A stretch of DNA of 64,000 nt, from NCBI GenBank assembly GCA_037143175.1, contig JBAWZF010000001.1:106199-170198 (forward strand). The letters run 5' to 3'. Shown in pieces: positions 37,043 through 47,001 of the stretch (position 1 is its first letter; each line of letters starts with the position of its first letter). Source of the stretch: a bacterium (GTDB taxonomy: Bacteria > Verrucomicrobiota > Kiritimatiellia > CAIKKV01 > CAITUY01). A program made the translations under genes and the position numbers. The notes beneath the pieces were generated by a model. That model was not told where the DNA came from. It saw only the letters and a list, made by a program, of their open reading frames with translations, and searched no databases.

Positions 37043-38554
37043 TCAGACTTCCAGATTGCCTGATACGTACGGGACCCCGTGGCGGCGCGAGATCAGGTTG
37101 GCGGAGATACGACCTGATTCGTAAATGGTTGGCAGCCCGCTCCCCGGGTGGGTTCCGCCGCCGACCAGATAACAGTGGTCAACGTCTTCAAATTTATTGC
37201 GTGGCCGCAGGTACACCATCTGGCCCAGATTGTGAGCCAGATTGAAGGTGGCTCCCTCGTAAACGTGATAGTCTTGATTCCAGTTCGCCGGGGTCACGAG
37301 TGTCTCGGTGACAATATGGTTCCGGAGTTTCATGCCCGTGCGCGCCTCGACGGCGTCGAGTGTCATTTCGCGATAAGCGATCCGGCGCTCGTCCCAATTG
37401 ATGGCCCCGCGTAAATTAGGCACGGGGACCAGGATGTACAGGGCGGAGTGGCCGGCGGGCGCAAGGGTGGGGTCGGTCACGCTGGCGTTGCGCACGTAAA
37501 ACGAAAGATCGCCCGACAGTTCCTTTCCGTTAAAAATGCGATCGATGTTGGCCCGGTAATCGCGGGCGAATACAATCTCGTGATGAGGGGAGTCGTAGCT
37601 CTTATCCAACCCGAGATACATCATGAACGTGGAGCAGGAGAGCTTCATGCTTTTCATTTTACGAGGTGTGTATTTTCGCAGGGCGCCAGGTGCGAAGAGC
37701 CGGGTGGCAGCATGCCCGAAGTCGGCGTTGATGACGACCTCATCGGCTTCCACGACGTCGCCACTGGTCAGGCGGACGCCTACAGCCACTCCGTTACGTA
37801 CGACGATTTCCTCGACGGGTGTGGAGAGATGGATGTCGGCCCCATTACGGCGGGCGACGTCGGCCATGCACTCGGAGATCCGACTCAGGCCGCCGATGGG
37901 GTGGTAGATGCCATAGGCGTGTTCGATATAGGGAATCATCGCGAACATTCCCGGACATTCCCACGGAGACATGCCCAGATATTTGGATTGAAAAGTGAAG
38001 GAGAGCGCCAGGTCCTTATCCCCGAAGATCTTCATGACTTCCGAGAATAAGCTACGGCCTAGCGCCATGTGGGGGAGCGCCTGGATCAGGCTGCCGGAGA
38101 ACAATGAAGACAGGGTATGGTAGGATTTTTGCAGGCAGGGGTAAAGTTTCTTGAATCGCACCGCTTCGCGGCTCATGAACTCATCATAGTGATTCTCGCG
38201 GCCTGGGAAAACGCGGGCAATTTCGGCTTTCATCCGTTCACGATTCATCGAGGTGTCGATGGTTTTGTCGGCGAAGTGGAGCCGGTACATGGGGTCCAGC
38301 CGGCGCATGTCCATCAGACTGTCAGTGGTCGCCCCGGCCTCCAGGAAGACCTCGTCGAGTACGTCTTTCAACATTAGGAATGTGGGGCCGGCGTCAAACA
38401 CATAAGGGCCTGATTTAATGGCTGCATTCCGGCCGCCCACGGCGGGCTGGGCCTCGAAGAGGGTAACTTTGAATCCCCGGTGGGCGAGAATCATGGCCGT
38501 GGTGAGCCCTCCGGGGCCTCCGCCTACGATAACGATATGTTTTTGGGCTGGCAT
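37043..38554 (-). CDS. crtN: CrtN/CrtI-family carotenoid desaturase (4,4'-diapophytoene desaturase-like)
   Basis: The FAD-binding motif is IVIVGGGPGGLTTA. It is collinear with S. aureus CrtN (...LAPAGHSALYILVPVPNL... versus LAPEGKTGIYVLMPTPEL). The total length is 503 aa. Confidence 0.7.
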   Translation of the reverse strand: MPAQKHIVIVGGGPGGLTTAMILAHRGFKVTLFEAQPAVGGRNAAIKSGPYVFDAGPTFLMLKDVLDEVFLEAGATTDSLMDMRRLDPMYRLHFADKTIDTSMNRERMKAEIARVFPGRENHYDEFMSREAVRFKKLYPCLQKSYHTLSSLFSGSLIQALPHMALGRSLFSEVMKIFGDKDLALSFTFQSKYLGMSPWECPGMFAMIPYIEHAYGIYHPIGGLSRISECMADVARRNGADIHLSTPVEEIVVRNGVAVGVRLTSGDVVEADEVVINADFGHAATRLFAPGALRKYTPRKMKSMKLSCSTFMMYLGLDKSYDSPHHEIVFARDYRANIDRIFNGKELSGDLSFYVRNASVTDPTLAPAGHSALYILVPVPNLRGAINWDERRIAYREMTLDAVEARTGMKLRNHIVTETLVTPANWNQDYHVYEGATFNLAHNLGQMVYLRPRNKFEDVDHCYLVGGGTHPGSGLPTIYESGRISANLISRRHGVPYVSGNLEV

Positions 38555-38565
38555 GGGTTGACTCC

Positions 38566-39948
38566 TTAGTTGCTCATAAAAAAATGCTGGAATCGTTTCA
38601 AGGTGACAAGAGAAATCCGGGAAGGGTGATAGGCCAGACCCGGGTCAAAGTGCGAGGAACGTGTCAACACGCTCCGATAATGGGTGAAGGTGTCAAAGCC
38701 CGCCTTTCCGTGATAGGCGCCCATACCGCTTTCCCCGAGGCCGCCGAACGGCAGGTCACGACTGAGGATGTGGCTCAGGGTATCATTGAAGCAGACGCCA
38801 CCCGAGTGGGTTTCGGCGAGCAGGCGTTCCTGGGTGGCCCGTTCGCCGGTAAAGGCGTAAAGCGCCAGAGGCCGCGGCTGGCTACGGAGGTGGCTTATGA
38901 CGTCATCCAGTTTTTCAAACGGAAGGACCGGCAGGATGGGTCCAAAAATCTCCTCCTGCATGACGGGGGCGGTTAGTGGGATGGCGGTGAGGACGGTAGG
39001 GGCGAGGTAGCGGTCGCTTTCGTCATATTGCCCGCCGCACTCGAGGTGGCCCTGCTTAAGAAAGGCCGTCAGGCGGTTCAGGTGGGAGGGGTTGACGATG
39101 CGCCCATAATCCGGACTTTGCTTCGGGTCGGGGCCATAGAACTCACGCAGGGTTCGGGTGAGGTGTTCGAGCCAGGGTTTCAGTAACTCCGCCTGAACCC
39201 AGACATGGTCCGGAGCCACACACGTTTGACCGGCGTTGAGAAATTTTCCCTGGACTATCCGGCGGGCCGCAACCTGTAGGTCGGCATCAGCGCAGATAAT
39301 GCAGGGTGATTTTCCGCCCAGTTCCAGAGTGACGGGCGTGAGGTTCGGGGCTGCCGCCGCCAGCACCAGACGCCCCACGGCAGTGCTGCCGGTGAAGAAG
39401 ATTTTATCGAACGGTTGGCAAACCAGTTCCCGGGCGCGGGTCGCATCGCCTTCCACCGCGGTGATATAGTCCTGCTGGAAATGGTCACGCAGGAGCCGGG
39501 CGATCACACCCGAGACATGCGGTGCGTATTCGGACGGCTTGACACATACGCCGTTTCCCGCCGCCACGGCGGACACCAGCGGCGAGAGGGCCAGGGCGAA
39601 GGGGTAGTTCCAGGGGCCGATGATGAGGGCTACGCCGTAGGGTTCGGGGTGAACGTGGCTGGAGCCTGGCTTGAGCCAAAGGGGAGTGCGGCGGCGCTGG
39701 GGGCTGCCCCAATCGTCGAGATGTTTCAAGGCGTAACGGATGTCGGCGAGAACAAAACCGATTTCGGAGGCATAGGCCTCGATGACCGGTTTGCCCAGAT
39801 CCCGGTGCAGGGCGTCAAGAATATCGCCTTCGAAGGACTCAATCGCAGACGCCAGAATGTGGAGTTGCGCCCGCCGGTAGGTCAGGGAGCGGGCGGTGCC
39901 TTTGTCCCGGAATGCTTGCGCCTGCGTCAACCATGAATGTGCAGTCAT
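38566..39948 (-). CDS. aldH: Aldehyde dehydrogenase, class-3-like (candidate 4,4'-diapolycopene/diaponeurosporene-aldehyde dehydrogenase)
   Basis: 460 aa, the same length class as S. aureus AldH. The ALDH motifs are GPWNYPF and ELGGKSP, and the catalytic Cys lies in GQTCVAPD. It sits immediately upstream of crtN on the same strand. Confidence 0.75.
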   Translation of the reverse strand: MTAHSWLTQAQAFRDKGTARSLTYRRAQLHILASAIESFEGDILDALHRDLGKPVIEAYASEIGFVLADIRYALKHLDDWGSPQRRRTPLWLKPGSSHVHPEPYGVALIIGPWNYPFALALSPLVSAVAAGNGVCVKPSEYAPHVSGVIARLLRDHFQQDYITAVEGDATRARELVCQPFDKIFFTGSTAVGRLVLAAAAPNLTPVTLELGGKSPCIICADADLQVAARRIVQGKFLNAGQTCVAPDHVWVQAELLKPWLEHLTRTLREFYGPDPKQSPDYGRIVNPSHLNRLTAFLKQGHLECGGQYDESDRYLAPTVLTAIPLTAPVMQEEIFGPILPVLPFEKLDDVISHLRSQPRPLALYAFTGERATQERLLAETHSGGVCFNDTLSHILSRDLPFGGLGESGMGAYHGKAGFDTFTHYRSVLTRSSHFDPGLAYHPSRISLVTLKRFQHFFMSN

Positions 39949-40115
39949 GGGACAGGGAACGAAATATCGTCGCTTCCCGTCAAGGATATTGTATAAGACA
40001 TTTTATCGAAAAGCGTTGGAGGCGAACCCGCGTGATAAGCTTGCTTTGAAATCTATCGCCGAGCGAACAGAGTGAGGGGAGCCACGACATCATGGCGGGA
40101 GAAAGAGGAGAAGTT

Positions 40116-41606
40116 ATGAGTACACCGAAGCGCAAAAAAGTGATTGTCATCGGGGCTGGCCTGGGCGGACTATCGGCGGCAATTTCGCTGGCCCAGGAGG
40201 GTTATGCCGTGGAGGTCTTTGAAAAGAACGCGAAGATCGGCGGTAAACTGAACGTCCTCAGCGGGCGGGGCTATACGTTCGATCTGGGCCCTTCCATTCT
40301 CACGCTTCCCCATATCTTCGAACGGCTTTTCCAGATGTCGGGCCGGCGGCTGGCCGACTATATCCCGATCCGGCCGCTGCGGCCCCATTGGCGCAACTTT
40401 TTCGAAGACGGGACAGTGCTCGATCTGGTCCCTGAGGCTGACCTCATGGAAAAAGAGTTGCGCAAGGTCGGGCAGGATCCGGGGCAATTCAAAAAATTCT
40501 TAGACTATGCGGGGCAGCTTTACGACCTCGTTAATAAGGGCTACTTTGAGCGCGGGCTGGACAACGTGCGCGATTTTCAGCGGTTCTATGGACTTTTGGA
40601 TTTCCTGAAGTTTGATCTTTTCCGCACGATGCACGGGGGCGTGGAACGGTTCATTGATGAACCGCATGTGCGCGATGTGCTTGATTATTTTATCAAGTAT
40701 GTGGGATCCTCCGCCTACGATGCCCCCGCGTTCATGAACTGCCTGCCCACGATCCAGTTCCGGTACGATCTCTGGTATGTGGATGGGGGGCTTTACAACA
40801 TCGCATTGGGATTACGCAGGCTGATGGATGAACTCGGGATTCCCGTGCATCTGAACTCCGAGGTGGCAAAGATCCGGACGCAAGGCAACCGGGTGATAGG
40901 CATCACCACCTCTGAGGGCGGGCAACACGAGGCGGAGATAATCGTCTCCAATATGGAGGTTATTCCCGCCCACCAGAAACTGTTGCCGCCGGATGTCGCG
41001 GCGCAACGGCGACTCCGGCGTTTCGAGCCCGCCTGTTCGGGGCTGATCCTTGACCTGGGCCTGGATATCAGCTACCCGCAACTCGCACACCATAACTTCT
41101 TTTATTCGGGCGAGCAGCGGGCACACTTTGATGCGGTCTTTAAAAAGGGGGTTCTCTCCGACGATCCTACCATCTATCTGGTGGCCGCTTCCAAGACCGA
41201 CCCGACGGTGGCGCCGCCAGGGTGTGACTGTCTTAAAATCCTGCCCCACATTCCCTGCCTGAATGAGAAGCAACCGCTGACCGACGCGGACTACATGGCT
41301 TTTAAGGATCGGGTCATCCTCAAACTCGAGCGTATGGGTCTGACGGACTTGCGCAAGCACATTGTGTTTGAGCATGTGTGGACGCCCCGTGACATTCAGC
41401 GGCAGTATTACTCGAACCGGGGTTCCATCTACGGGGTGGTGGCGGATAAGTGGAAAAATTTCGGATTCAAGGCACCCAAGCAGGATGCGCGCTATGCCAA
41501 TTTGTTTTTTGTCGGCGGCTCCGTTAATCCCGGTGGCGGAATGCCGATGGTCGTATTGTGCGGCCAGAATGTGTGCCGCAAGATTGTAGAGTGGGACCGG
41601 GGGTGA
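40116..41606 (+). CDS. crtP: 4,4'-diaponeurosporene/diapolycopene oxygenase (CrtP/CrtNb)
   Basis: It aligns closely with S. aureus CrtP along its whole length. Shared segments are LGPSILTLPHIFERLF, YFIKYVGSS, NMEVIP, LAHHNFF, GLTDLRKHIVFEHVWTPRDI, YGVVADKWKN and FVGGSVNPGGGMPMV. Confidence 0.8.
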   Translation: MSTPKRKKVIVIGAGLGGLSAAISLAQEGYAVEVFEKNAKIGGKLNVLSGRGYTFDLGPSILTLPHIFERLFQMSGRRLADYIPIRPLRPHWRNFFEDGTVLDLVPEADLMEKELRKVGQDPGQFKKFLDYAGQLYDLVNKGYFERGLDNVRDFQRFYGLLDFLKFDLFRTMHGGVERFIDEPHVRDVLDYFIKYVGSSAYDAPAFMNCLPTIQFRYDLWYVDGGLYNIALGLRRLMDELGIPVHLNSEVAKIRTQGNRVIGITTSEGGQHEAEIIVSNMEVIPAHQKLLPPDVAAQRRLRRFEPACSGLILDLGLDISYPQLAHHNFFYSGEQRAHFDAVFKKGVLSDDPTIYLVAASKTDPTVAPPGCDCLKILPHIPCLNEKQPLTDADYMAFKDRVILKLERMGLTDLRKHIVFEHVWTPRDIQRQYYSNRGSIYGVVADKWKNFGFKAPKQDARYANLFFVGGSVNPGGGMPMVVLCGQNVCRKIVEWDRG

Positions 41607-41809
41607 CCGTGCTACTGATAGTGATGGGGCTATTGGAGCAGCGGTATAACCGGTTGAGATTGACAGCCGTTTTGAGGCGCAAGCGTCCCGATGCCTTGTC
41701 CTGATGCTTTTTGGGGTGTGCATCCGTCCCGGCTCTGGTATAGTCAAAATGCATTAAGAACTGATTCGGTGTGGTTCAAAAATTATCGAACCTGCAGGAG
41801 GAAGTGACT

Positions 41810-42424
41810 ATGTGTAACGTCTTAATTGTTGAATACAGTCTGTACGGCCATATTTACAAAATGGCAGAAGCGGTCGCTGAGGGCGTTCGGGGAGTGGCCG
41901 GTTGCAATGTCGTCATAAAGCGTGTGCCGGAAACTCTGTCGGAAGAGGTGTTGGGCAAGATGGGGGCTGTTGAGGCCCAGAAAAAGATGGCGCATATCCC
42001 GATTGCTTCCGTGGATGACCTTGCTGCCGCAGACGCTATTATCTTTGGCGTCCCGACCCGTTTCGGCAATATGTGCGGCCAGATGCGTCAGTTTCTGGAT
42101 GCTACTGGCGGGCTTTGGATGAAAGGCGCGCTGATCGGTAAGCCGGGGAGCGTATTTTGCAGCTCAGCCTCACAGCATGGCGGACAGGAATCAACGATTC
42201 TCAACTTTCACACCACGCTGTTGCACCAGGGGATGATCGTGGTCGGGCTGCCTTATGCCTTTGCAGGACAACTTGGTTTTGCCGAGGTGACCGGTTGCAG
42301 CCCCTATGGCGCGTCAACCATCACGGGTGGCCAGGGTGAACGGATGCCCAGCGAGAACGAACTGGCTGGTGCCCGTTTTCAGGGTGCTCATGTGGCCCGC
42401 ATCGCCCTGAAACTCAAGGGCTGA
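41810..42424 (+). CDS. wrbA: NAD(P)H:quinone oxidoreductase, WrbA-type flavodoxin-like
   Basis: The flavodoxin-like region is [25 protein letters not shown]...[21 protein letters not shown], and a WrbA-specific [10 protein letters not shown] insert is present. The ATG at 41810 follows GGAGGAAG. Confidence 0.85.
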   Translation: MCNVLIVEYSLYGHIYKMAEAVAEGVRGVAGCNVVIKRVPETLSEEVLGKMGAVEAQKKMAHIPIASVDDLAAADAIIFGVPTRFGNMCGQMRQFLDATGGLWMKGALIGKPGSVFCSSASQHGGQESTILNFHTTLLHQGMIVVGLPYAFAGQLGFAEVTGCSPYGASTITGGQGERMPSENELAGARFQGAHVARIALKLKG

Positions 42425-42930
42425 TGGAAAAGCGAAAAATTGTTGTCAACGACCGGATGCAGTCCGGCTTTGTCTACTGGTTGACAGAGCCGGTGGGGTG
42501 GAATTTTCTGCCTGCCTTTGATCCTGAATTATCGCCAAAACAAATGCTCGAAATGGGCGTTTTCGGCGGGAAATACATGACCGATTGTCAGGAGGAATTT
42601 CCCCGCTCCTGGTTCTTGAGAGCGAAGCTGAGCCCCGATAAGCGTAATCCCAAACTGAATTATTTTGGCGTCAATGCTTCGAAACCCCTGAGTTATTGGA
42701 TGGAGAAGGACTGGATCTACCCGGATGATCCACGGGGCTGGTTCCAATGGTACTGCCGGTATTACATGGGACGGCGATGTCCCGACGACAACCGCCAGAT
42801 CAAGCGCTGGGCAGCGATGACCCGCCATGTGGCCCAGCTCAAGAAAGCCTGCCCGGCGGGAGACGTAAGTTGCCGCCCGCGCCAGCGTCAGGCCCTCTTG
42901 CATTGGGCTTATGATAGCCGGACGTTGTGA
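42424..42930 (+). CDS. Conserved hypothetical protein (Trp/Tyr/Cys-rich, 168 aa) translationally coupled to wrbA
   Basis: Its start overlaps the wrbA stop (ATGA). No family could be assigned by eye. Confidence 0.45.
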   Translation: MEKRKIVVNDRMQSGFVYWLTEPVGWNFLPAFDPELSPKQMLEMGVFGGKYMTDCQEEFPRSWFLRAKLSPDKRNPKLNYFGVNASKPLSYWMEKDWIYPDDPRGWFQWYCRYYMGRRCPDDNRQIKRWAAMTRHVAQLKKACPAGDVSCRPRQRQALLHWAYDSRTL

Positions 42931-42943
42931 CCGGCCTCTACGG

Positions 42944-45900
42944 TCAATCGAACCGCACCTTAAAGGTTCGTATCTCGTAAGGTTTGATCTCAAAGGTCAA
43001 CGTCTTACCGTCCATTTTAACCGGGACATCCTCACGTTCGAGCAGATTGCACTCCGTCGCCGTACGTAGCGCCTTATCAAAGGTCACGGTCACCGGGCGG
43101 GTCGCGCCATACCGCTCCAGCAAACGGATCACAACATCATGGCTCTTCTCCGCCTGCTTCAGGGCCTCCAGCGTCACATTGGGCGCATCCACGGAAATAA
43201 ACCCGTGAATCGGGGGCAGTTCGCCTTTGTGCCCATCGCACACCACCACGCCAACAGGATCATTCAGGTCCAGCGCCTGCTGGTGTGTTCCCCCTTCAGC
43301 CCAGCTCCCGTTATGCGGGTAGAGCGAGTAGGTGAACCAGTGTTGCTCCTGATCCGACAGCGGGTCGGGACTGAGCGGACCGCGCAACAGCGAGAGTGAC
43401 ATCATGCCGTCGAAGGCTTCATGTCCATACTTGCAGTTGTTCAGGACGCTTAAACCATAATCATGCTGCGAGAGATCCATCCAGTAATGGGCTGATACCT
43501 CGAACTTGGCCTCATCGAACGAATTGTTCCGGTAACTGCTGCGCTGGATATTGCCATAGGGAATATCATACGTCGCCAGTCGCGTCACAATATTGGTGAA
43601 GAAACGGATCTTCAGCAACTTCTGCTGTTCATGCCAATCCACCCATGTTTCGAAATCAACGCGGGCAGAATTGCGGGTGAGCACAATCCGTTGGGTCATC
43701 TTCGAACCGCGGAACGATCGCGAGACTTGAACGGCCGAACGGACCGGGCCATTTTCCAGTACTTCCACGGTCGCGCCTGAAACATCAAACGTGACCTTGG
43801 TATAAGTTGGAGCAATATCCCACGCCTCATAGTTACCCGGCACATCCTCGTAAAGCTTCAGGACATTACCGCGCTTGCCGGCATCAATACATTCATGTCC
43901 CGTCTGTTTATCCACCAGCGAAACAATTTCCCCTTCGCCGTTCAGGGTCACCCGCACCAGATCGTTCTCCAGTAACGTCCGGCTGACGGAAACAGGCTTG
44001 AAGCTGGTTTTGCCTGTTCCCTGGATCAGGCGGAACACCTTGTACCCGACGGCAGGAACCCCGTCCGCTTCAAACAGCATGACGCTGCGTCCGGTCTCAT
44101 AGTGTTTGATAAACTGGCAAGGGACTTCATGCCCTTCACTATCAATCACGTGGACGTTTGCGGGTTCCAACTCCACCGATGCGATGGTATTGCGGACAAA
44201 TGGCTGGCTGTTAAACACGACCAGGGCACGCCCTTCGCCAGACGTATGCACGCGGCGGACTATCGCTACGCGGGACTGGCCCAGCACCTCGTTGCCGATA
44301 GCGAGCGTCTTGTCATAGGCTTCCAGCAGATCCTGATAAACAGGGGAAATGTGGGAGCCTGGCAGCGAATCATGGAACTGATTGGTCAGCACAATCTTCC
44401 AACCCTGTTCCAGCGTTTCGCGCGGATAGACGCGGCCGCTCAACACACTGAAGAGTTCGGCGTTACGATACAGGTTTTCACAAATGCGGTTGAGCTTTTT
44501 GAGGCGGGCTTTGGTGGTATGTACCCCGCGGTGCTCTTCCAGATAGAGTTCATCGTTCCAGACCGGCAGGTCGGCGTCCTTGCCCTTCTCGTACATGCGA
44601 TCCAACGCCTCTTCGACGAATGAAGGCTTGGTCGGAACCACGCCGGGGAAGTTCGCATATCTGCGTTGATACTCCAGCATTTCCACATCCGGCCCACCAC
44701 CGCCATCACCCCAACCGAAGTTGTAGAGACTTTCGCCAATGGTCTTCTTGTCCCCGAAGTTCTTCCAGTGCTCAGCCAGATGGTCGGCCTCGATCGAGCC
44801 GATAAAGTGCGTTGGGGGCATCAGCGAGAAAATGCGCGAGCCGTCCGGGCCCTGCCACCAGAACGTGTTTTTCCGCCAGGGGTTGGTGTCGTTCCAGACG
44901 CCCATTTTGTGCGTCACAAAGTACTTCAGCCCACTCTTGGCCAGAATTTGGGGCATGGTCCAGGCGTTGCCAAAAACGTCCGGGCACCAGCAGGTTCGCG
45001 GGGTGACCCCGAACTCACGCTCCACAAAATCGATTCCGTACAGAATCTGACGGGTAAACGATTCGCCTGAAATCAGGTTGCAGTCAGGCTCGACCCAGAA
45101 GGCGCCGATCACTTCCCACCGCTTAGCCTTCACCATCTGCTTAACTTCCTCGTACATCTCCGGATAGTTATTCTTCATCTCCTCGTACATGAGCGGTTGG
45201 CTCTGGGAGAAGGTGTACTCCGGGTATTGTGCCAGCAGCCGCAGGGCGGTCGCGTGGGTACGCCCGAGCTTGCGCACGAACTCGGCATGAGTCCACAGGA
45301 AGACCACGTCCAGGTGGGAGTTTCCGGCCAGATGAATCAGTCCTTCCTTCTGGAAGCGATCTGTTTCATAGATTTCGCGGCGCAGGATATCACGGGCTTT
45401 CCGGGCATTGGCGCGCCGTGCATCCATATCTTTCTCATTTTGGTCGATCGGCTCGATGGCCTTGATGAAGCCGGCCTTGAGGAATTCCACCAGGTCAGGA
45501 TCCTGATTGGGCACCATCATGACATTGTAGGCGGCGCGGAAATCCCAGTAGATGTCTTTCATTTCAACATCCATCACGGCCAGTTGCGAGATTTCCAGCG
45601 TCTTGATCTCGTCTTCGCCGAAATGCCACATGATGTAGGACTCGGCCTCGAACTCATAACTTTCGTCGCCATTGGCGTGATTGGTCAAAAATACAGTATC
45701 CCGAAACGGGTCGATGCCGTGATAGGGCTTGCCGTTTACGTAGAGCAACGTGTCTCAGCTGAAATAGACCTTGAGGACAACCGTCTTGCCCTTGAAACGG
45801 GCGGGCATCCGGCCATTGCACCGGAACTTGGCACTCATGTCGGGACCACCCCAACGCTCGCCCACGGAAATCGGACGCCACTCGTCGTCGATCGCGATAC

Positions 45901-46099
45901 GCTCGCGCTGGCGGGTATATTTGAAATGTTTGAACTCCCAACCATTTAACGGTTCGACATCTGTAAAGATCAGCTTGTTCAGGGAGTTAATCTTGATGTC
46001 GACGGTCTCCTCGAAGGAAATGATGCGGCGGCGCTTTCCCTTGATTTCCGTCCGCCAACGCCCGAGAATCTCATCCAGTCCAGAAACTTTCTTAGCCAT
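42944..46099 (-). CDS. GH38 alpha-mannosidase, interrupted by one in-frame TGA at 45755-45757 (pseudogene, sequencing error or recoding)
   Basis: The C-terminal 934-aa ORF carries GH38 catalytic-region motifs (GNSHLDVVFLWTHAEF, WCPDVFG, FWWQGPDGSRIF). The N-terminal 114-aa ORF 45755-46099 is in the same frame and is separated only by TGA plus 2 codons (...KVYFS*DTLLYVNGKPY). The downstream ORF is forced to use TTG. Confidence 0.75.
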
Positions 46100-46181
46100 G
46101 TTCGATCTCCTTAAGCAGGTTCCGTTTACTCATCAGGGTAAATAAAAAAAGTTTCAATTCTAATTGTCCAAGCAAAGGAAG

Positions 46182-46748
46182 TCATCGGGATTGCCCGCGA
46201 GATGATTCCGAGAGAAGTTCGTCAAGGCCCTCGAGCCGGTATTGTTCGCACACCGTCCGGATTTCGTTCAGGTCAAAATCGGGATTACGGGCCAATAACT
46301 CGACGATGTCGGCTTTCGATTTGTAGCCGCCGGCATAGAGTTTAAGAGCGACAAGATGGGGGATTGGGACGATCCTGAGCGGACTGCCCTCCCTCACCAC
46401 AAGATTCGAAAGACGCAAGGCGTCTTCAATCACCGCCGGGAATCTGTTCGCGTAACTGATGATTTGCAGGAGGCCAAAGGGGCCGCTCACATCGATGACG
46501 CCTCCCAAGGGATCGTCGCCGTCAGGCTCCCTCAGTTCAGCCGTGAAGCCCGCCTTGCGGAGCGATTCTGTGAGCGCCCGCATCGTCGGAAGGTCGGCAT
46601 TCACCCCCAGGTCGAGATCTTCCGTTTGTCGCACGTAGTGGTGGGCGGCGAGCGCCACGGCGCCGATCACCACGGCGTCAATGCGATGCCCCTTAAGGAT
46701 GCCGATGACACCTTCCGCGGCACGCAGGATGGCTTCAGGATCGTTCAC
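46182..46748 (-). CDS. Nucleotidyltransferase-fold protein (minimal NTase; possible toxin-antitoxin or abortive-infection component)
   Basis: 188 aa. GS/DxD-like NTase motifs are DAVVIGAVALAAH...EDLDLGV. It has a GTG start. Confidence 0.5.
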   Translation of the reverse strand: MNDPEAILRAAEGVIGILKGHRIDAVVIGAVALAAHHYVRQTEDLDLGVNADLPTMRALTESLRKAGFTAELREPDGDDPLGGVIDVSGPFGLLQIISYANRFPAVIEDALRLSNLVVREGSPLRIVPIPHLVALKLYAGGYKSKADIVELLARNPDFDLNEIRTVCEQYRLEGLDELLSESSRGQSR

Positions 46749-46751
46749 GGG

Positions 46752-46928
46752 TCAGTTATCCTTGGGTTGCGGTTTGAGCCACGCGAAACGGGTGCTCATG
46801 GTCAGCGCCGTTTCTATTCTCGCCTGTACGGACAAGCGTTTAAGCCGTTCCAATTCCAGCTCACGGGAACGCTCCAGGCACAAACTGCGTCGCGGCCGAT
46901 GCGCAACATTGGTGATGATTGACTCCAT
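46752..46928 (-). CDS. Small ORF (58 aa) directly upstream of the NTase gene and in the same frame; candidate partner protein, or an N-terminal extension broken by a stop
   Basis: The product is MESIITNVAHRPRRSLCLERSRELELERLKRLSVQARIETALTMSTRFAWLKPQPKDN. It ends TGA-CCC-GTG, where the GTG is the NTase start. It is Arg/Glu-rich and helical. Confidence 0.25.
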   Translation of the reverse strand: MESIITNVAHRPRRSLCLERSRELELERLKRLSVQARIETALTMSTRFAWLKPQPKDN

Positions 46929-47001
46929 GTGTTTAGAATAACCTTTCCGCTGTGAAAATTACCAAGGATGCCAAGCGAGACGCAAGAAGAATGACTGACG
47001 C

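Noticed and set aside
45755-45757. TGA recoded as an amino acid (genetic code 4 or 25) to explain the interrupted GH38 gene
   Set aside because: Many confidently called genes in the window terminate with TGA, including ATGA start/stop overlaps at cheW/TBDR, cheB/REC-PP2C and wrbA. GC content is about 58-60%. This is incompatible with TGA-reassigning lineages.
46752-46928. An earlier, different reading of this small ORF that began at an ATG in another frame
   Set aside because: Re-deriving the reverse complement base by base showed that frame terminates after 22 codons. Only the frame shared with the NTase gives the 58-aa ORF reported here.
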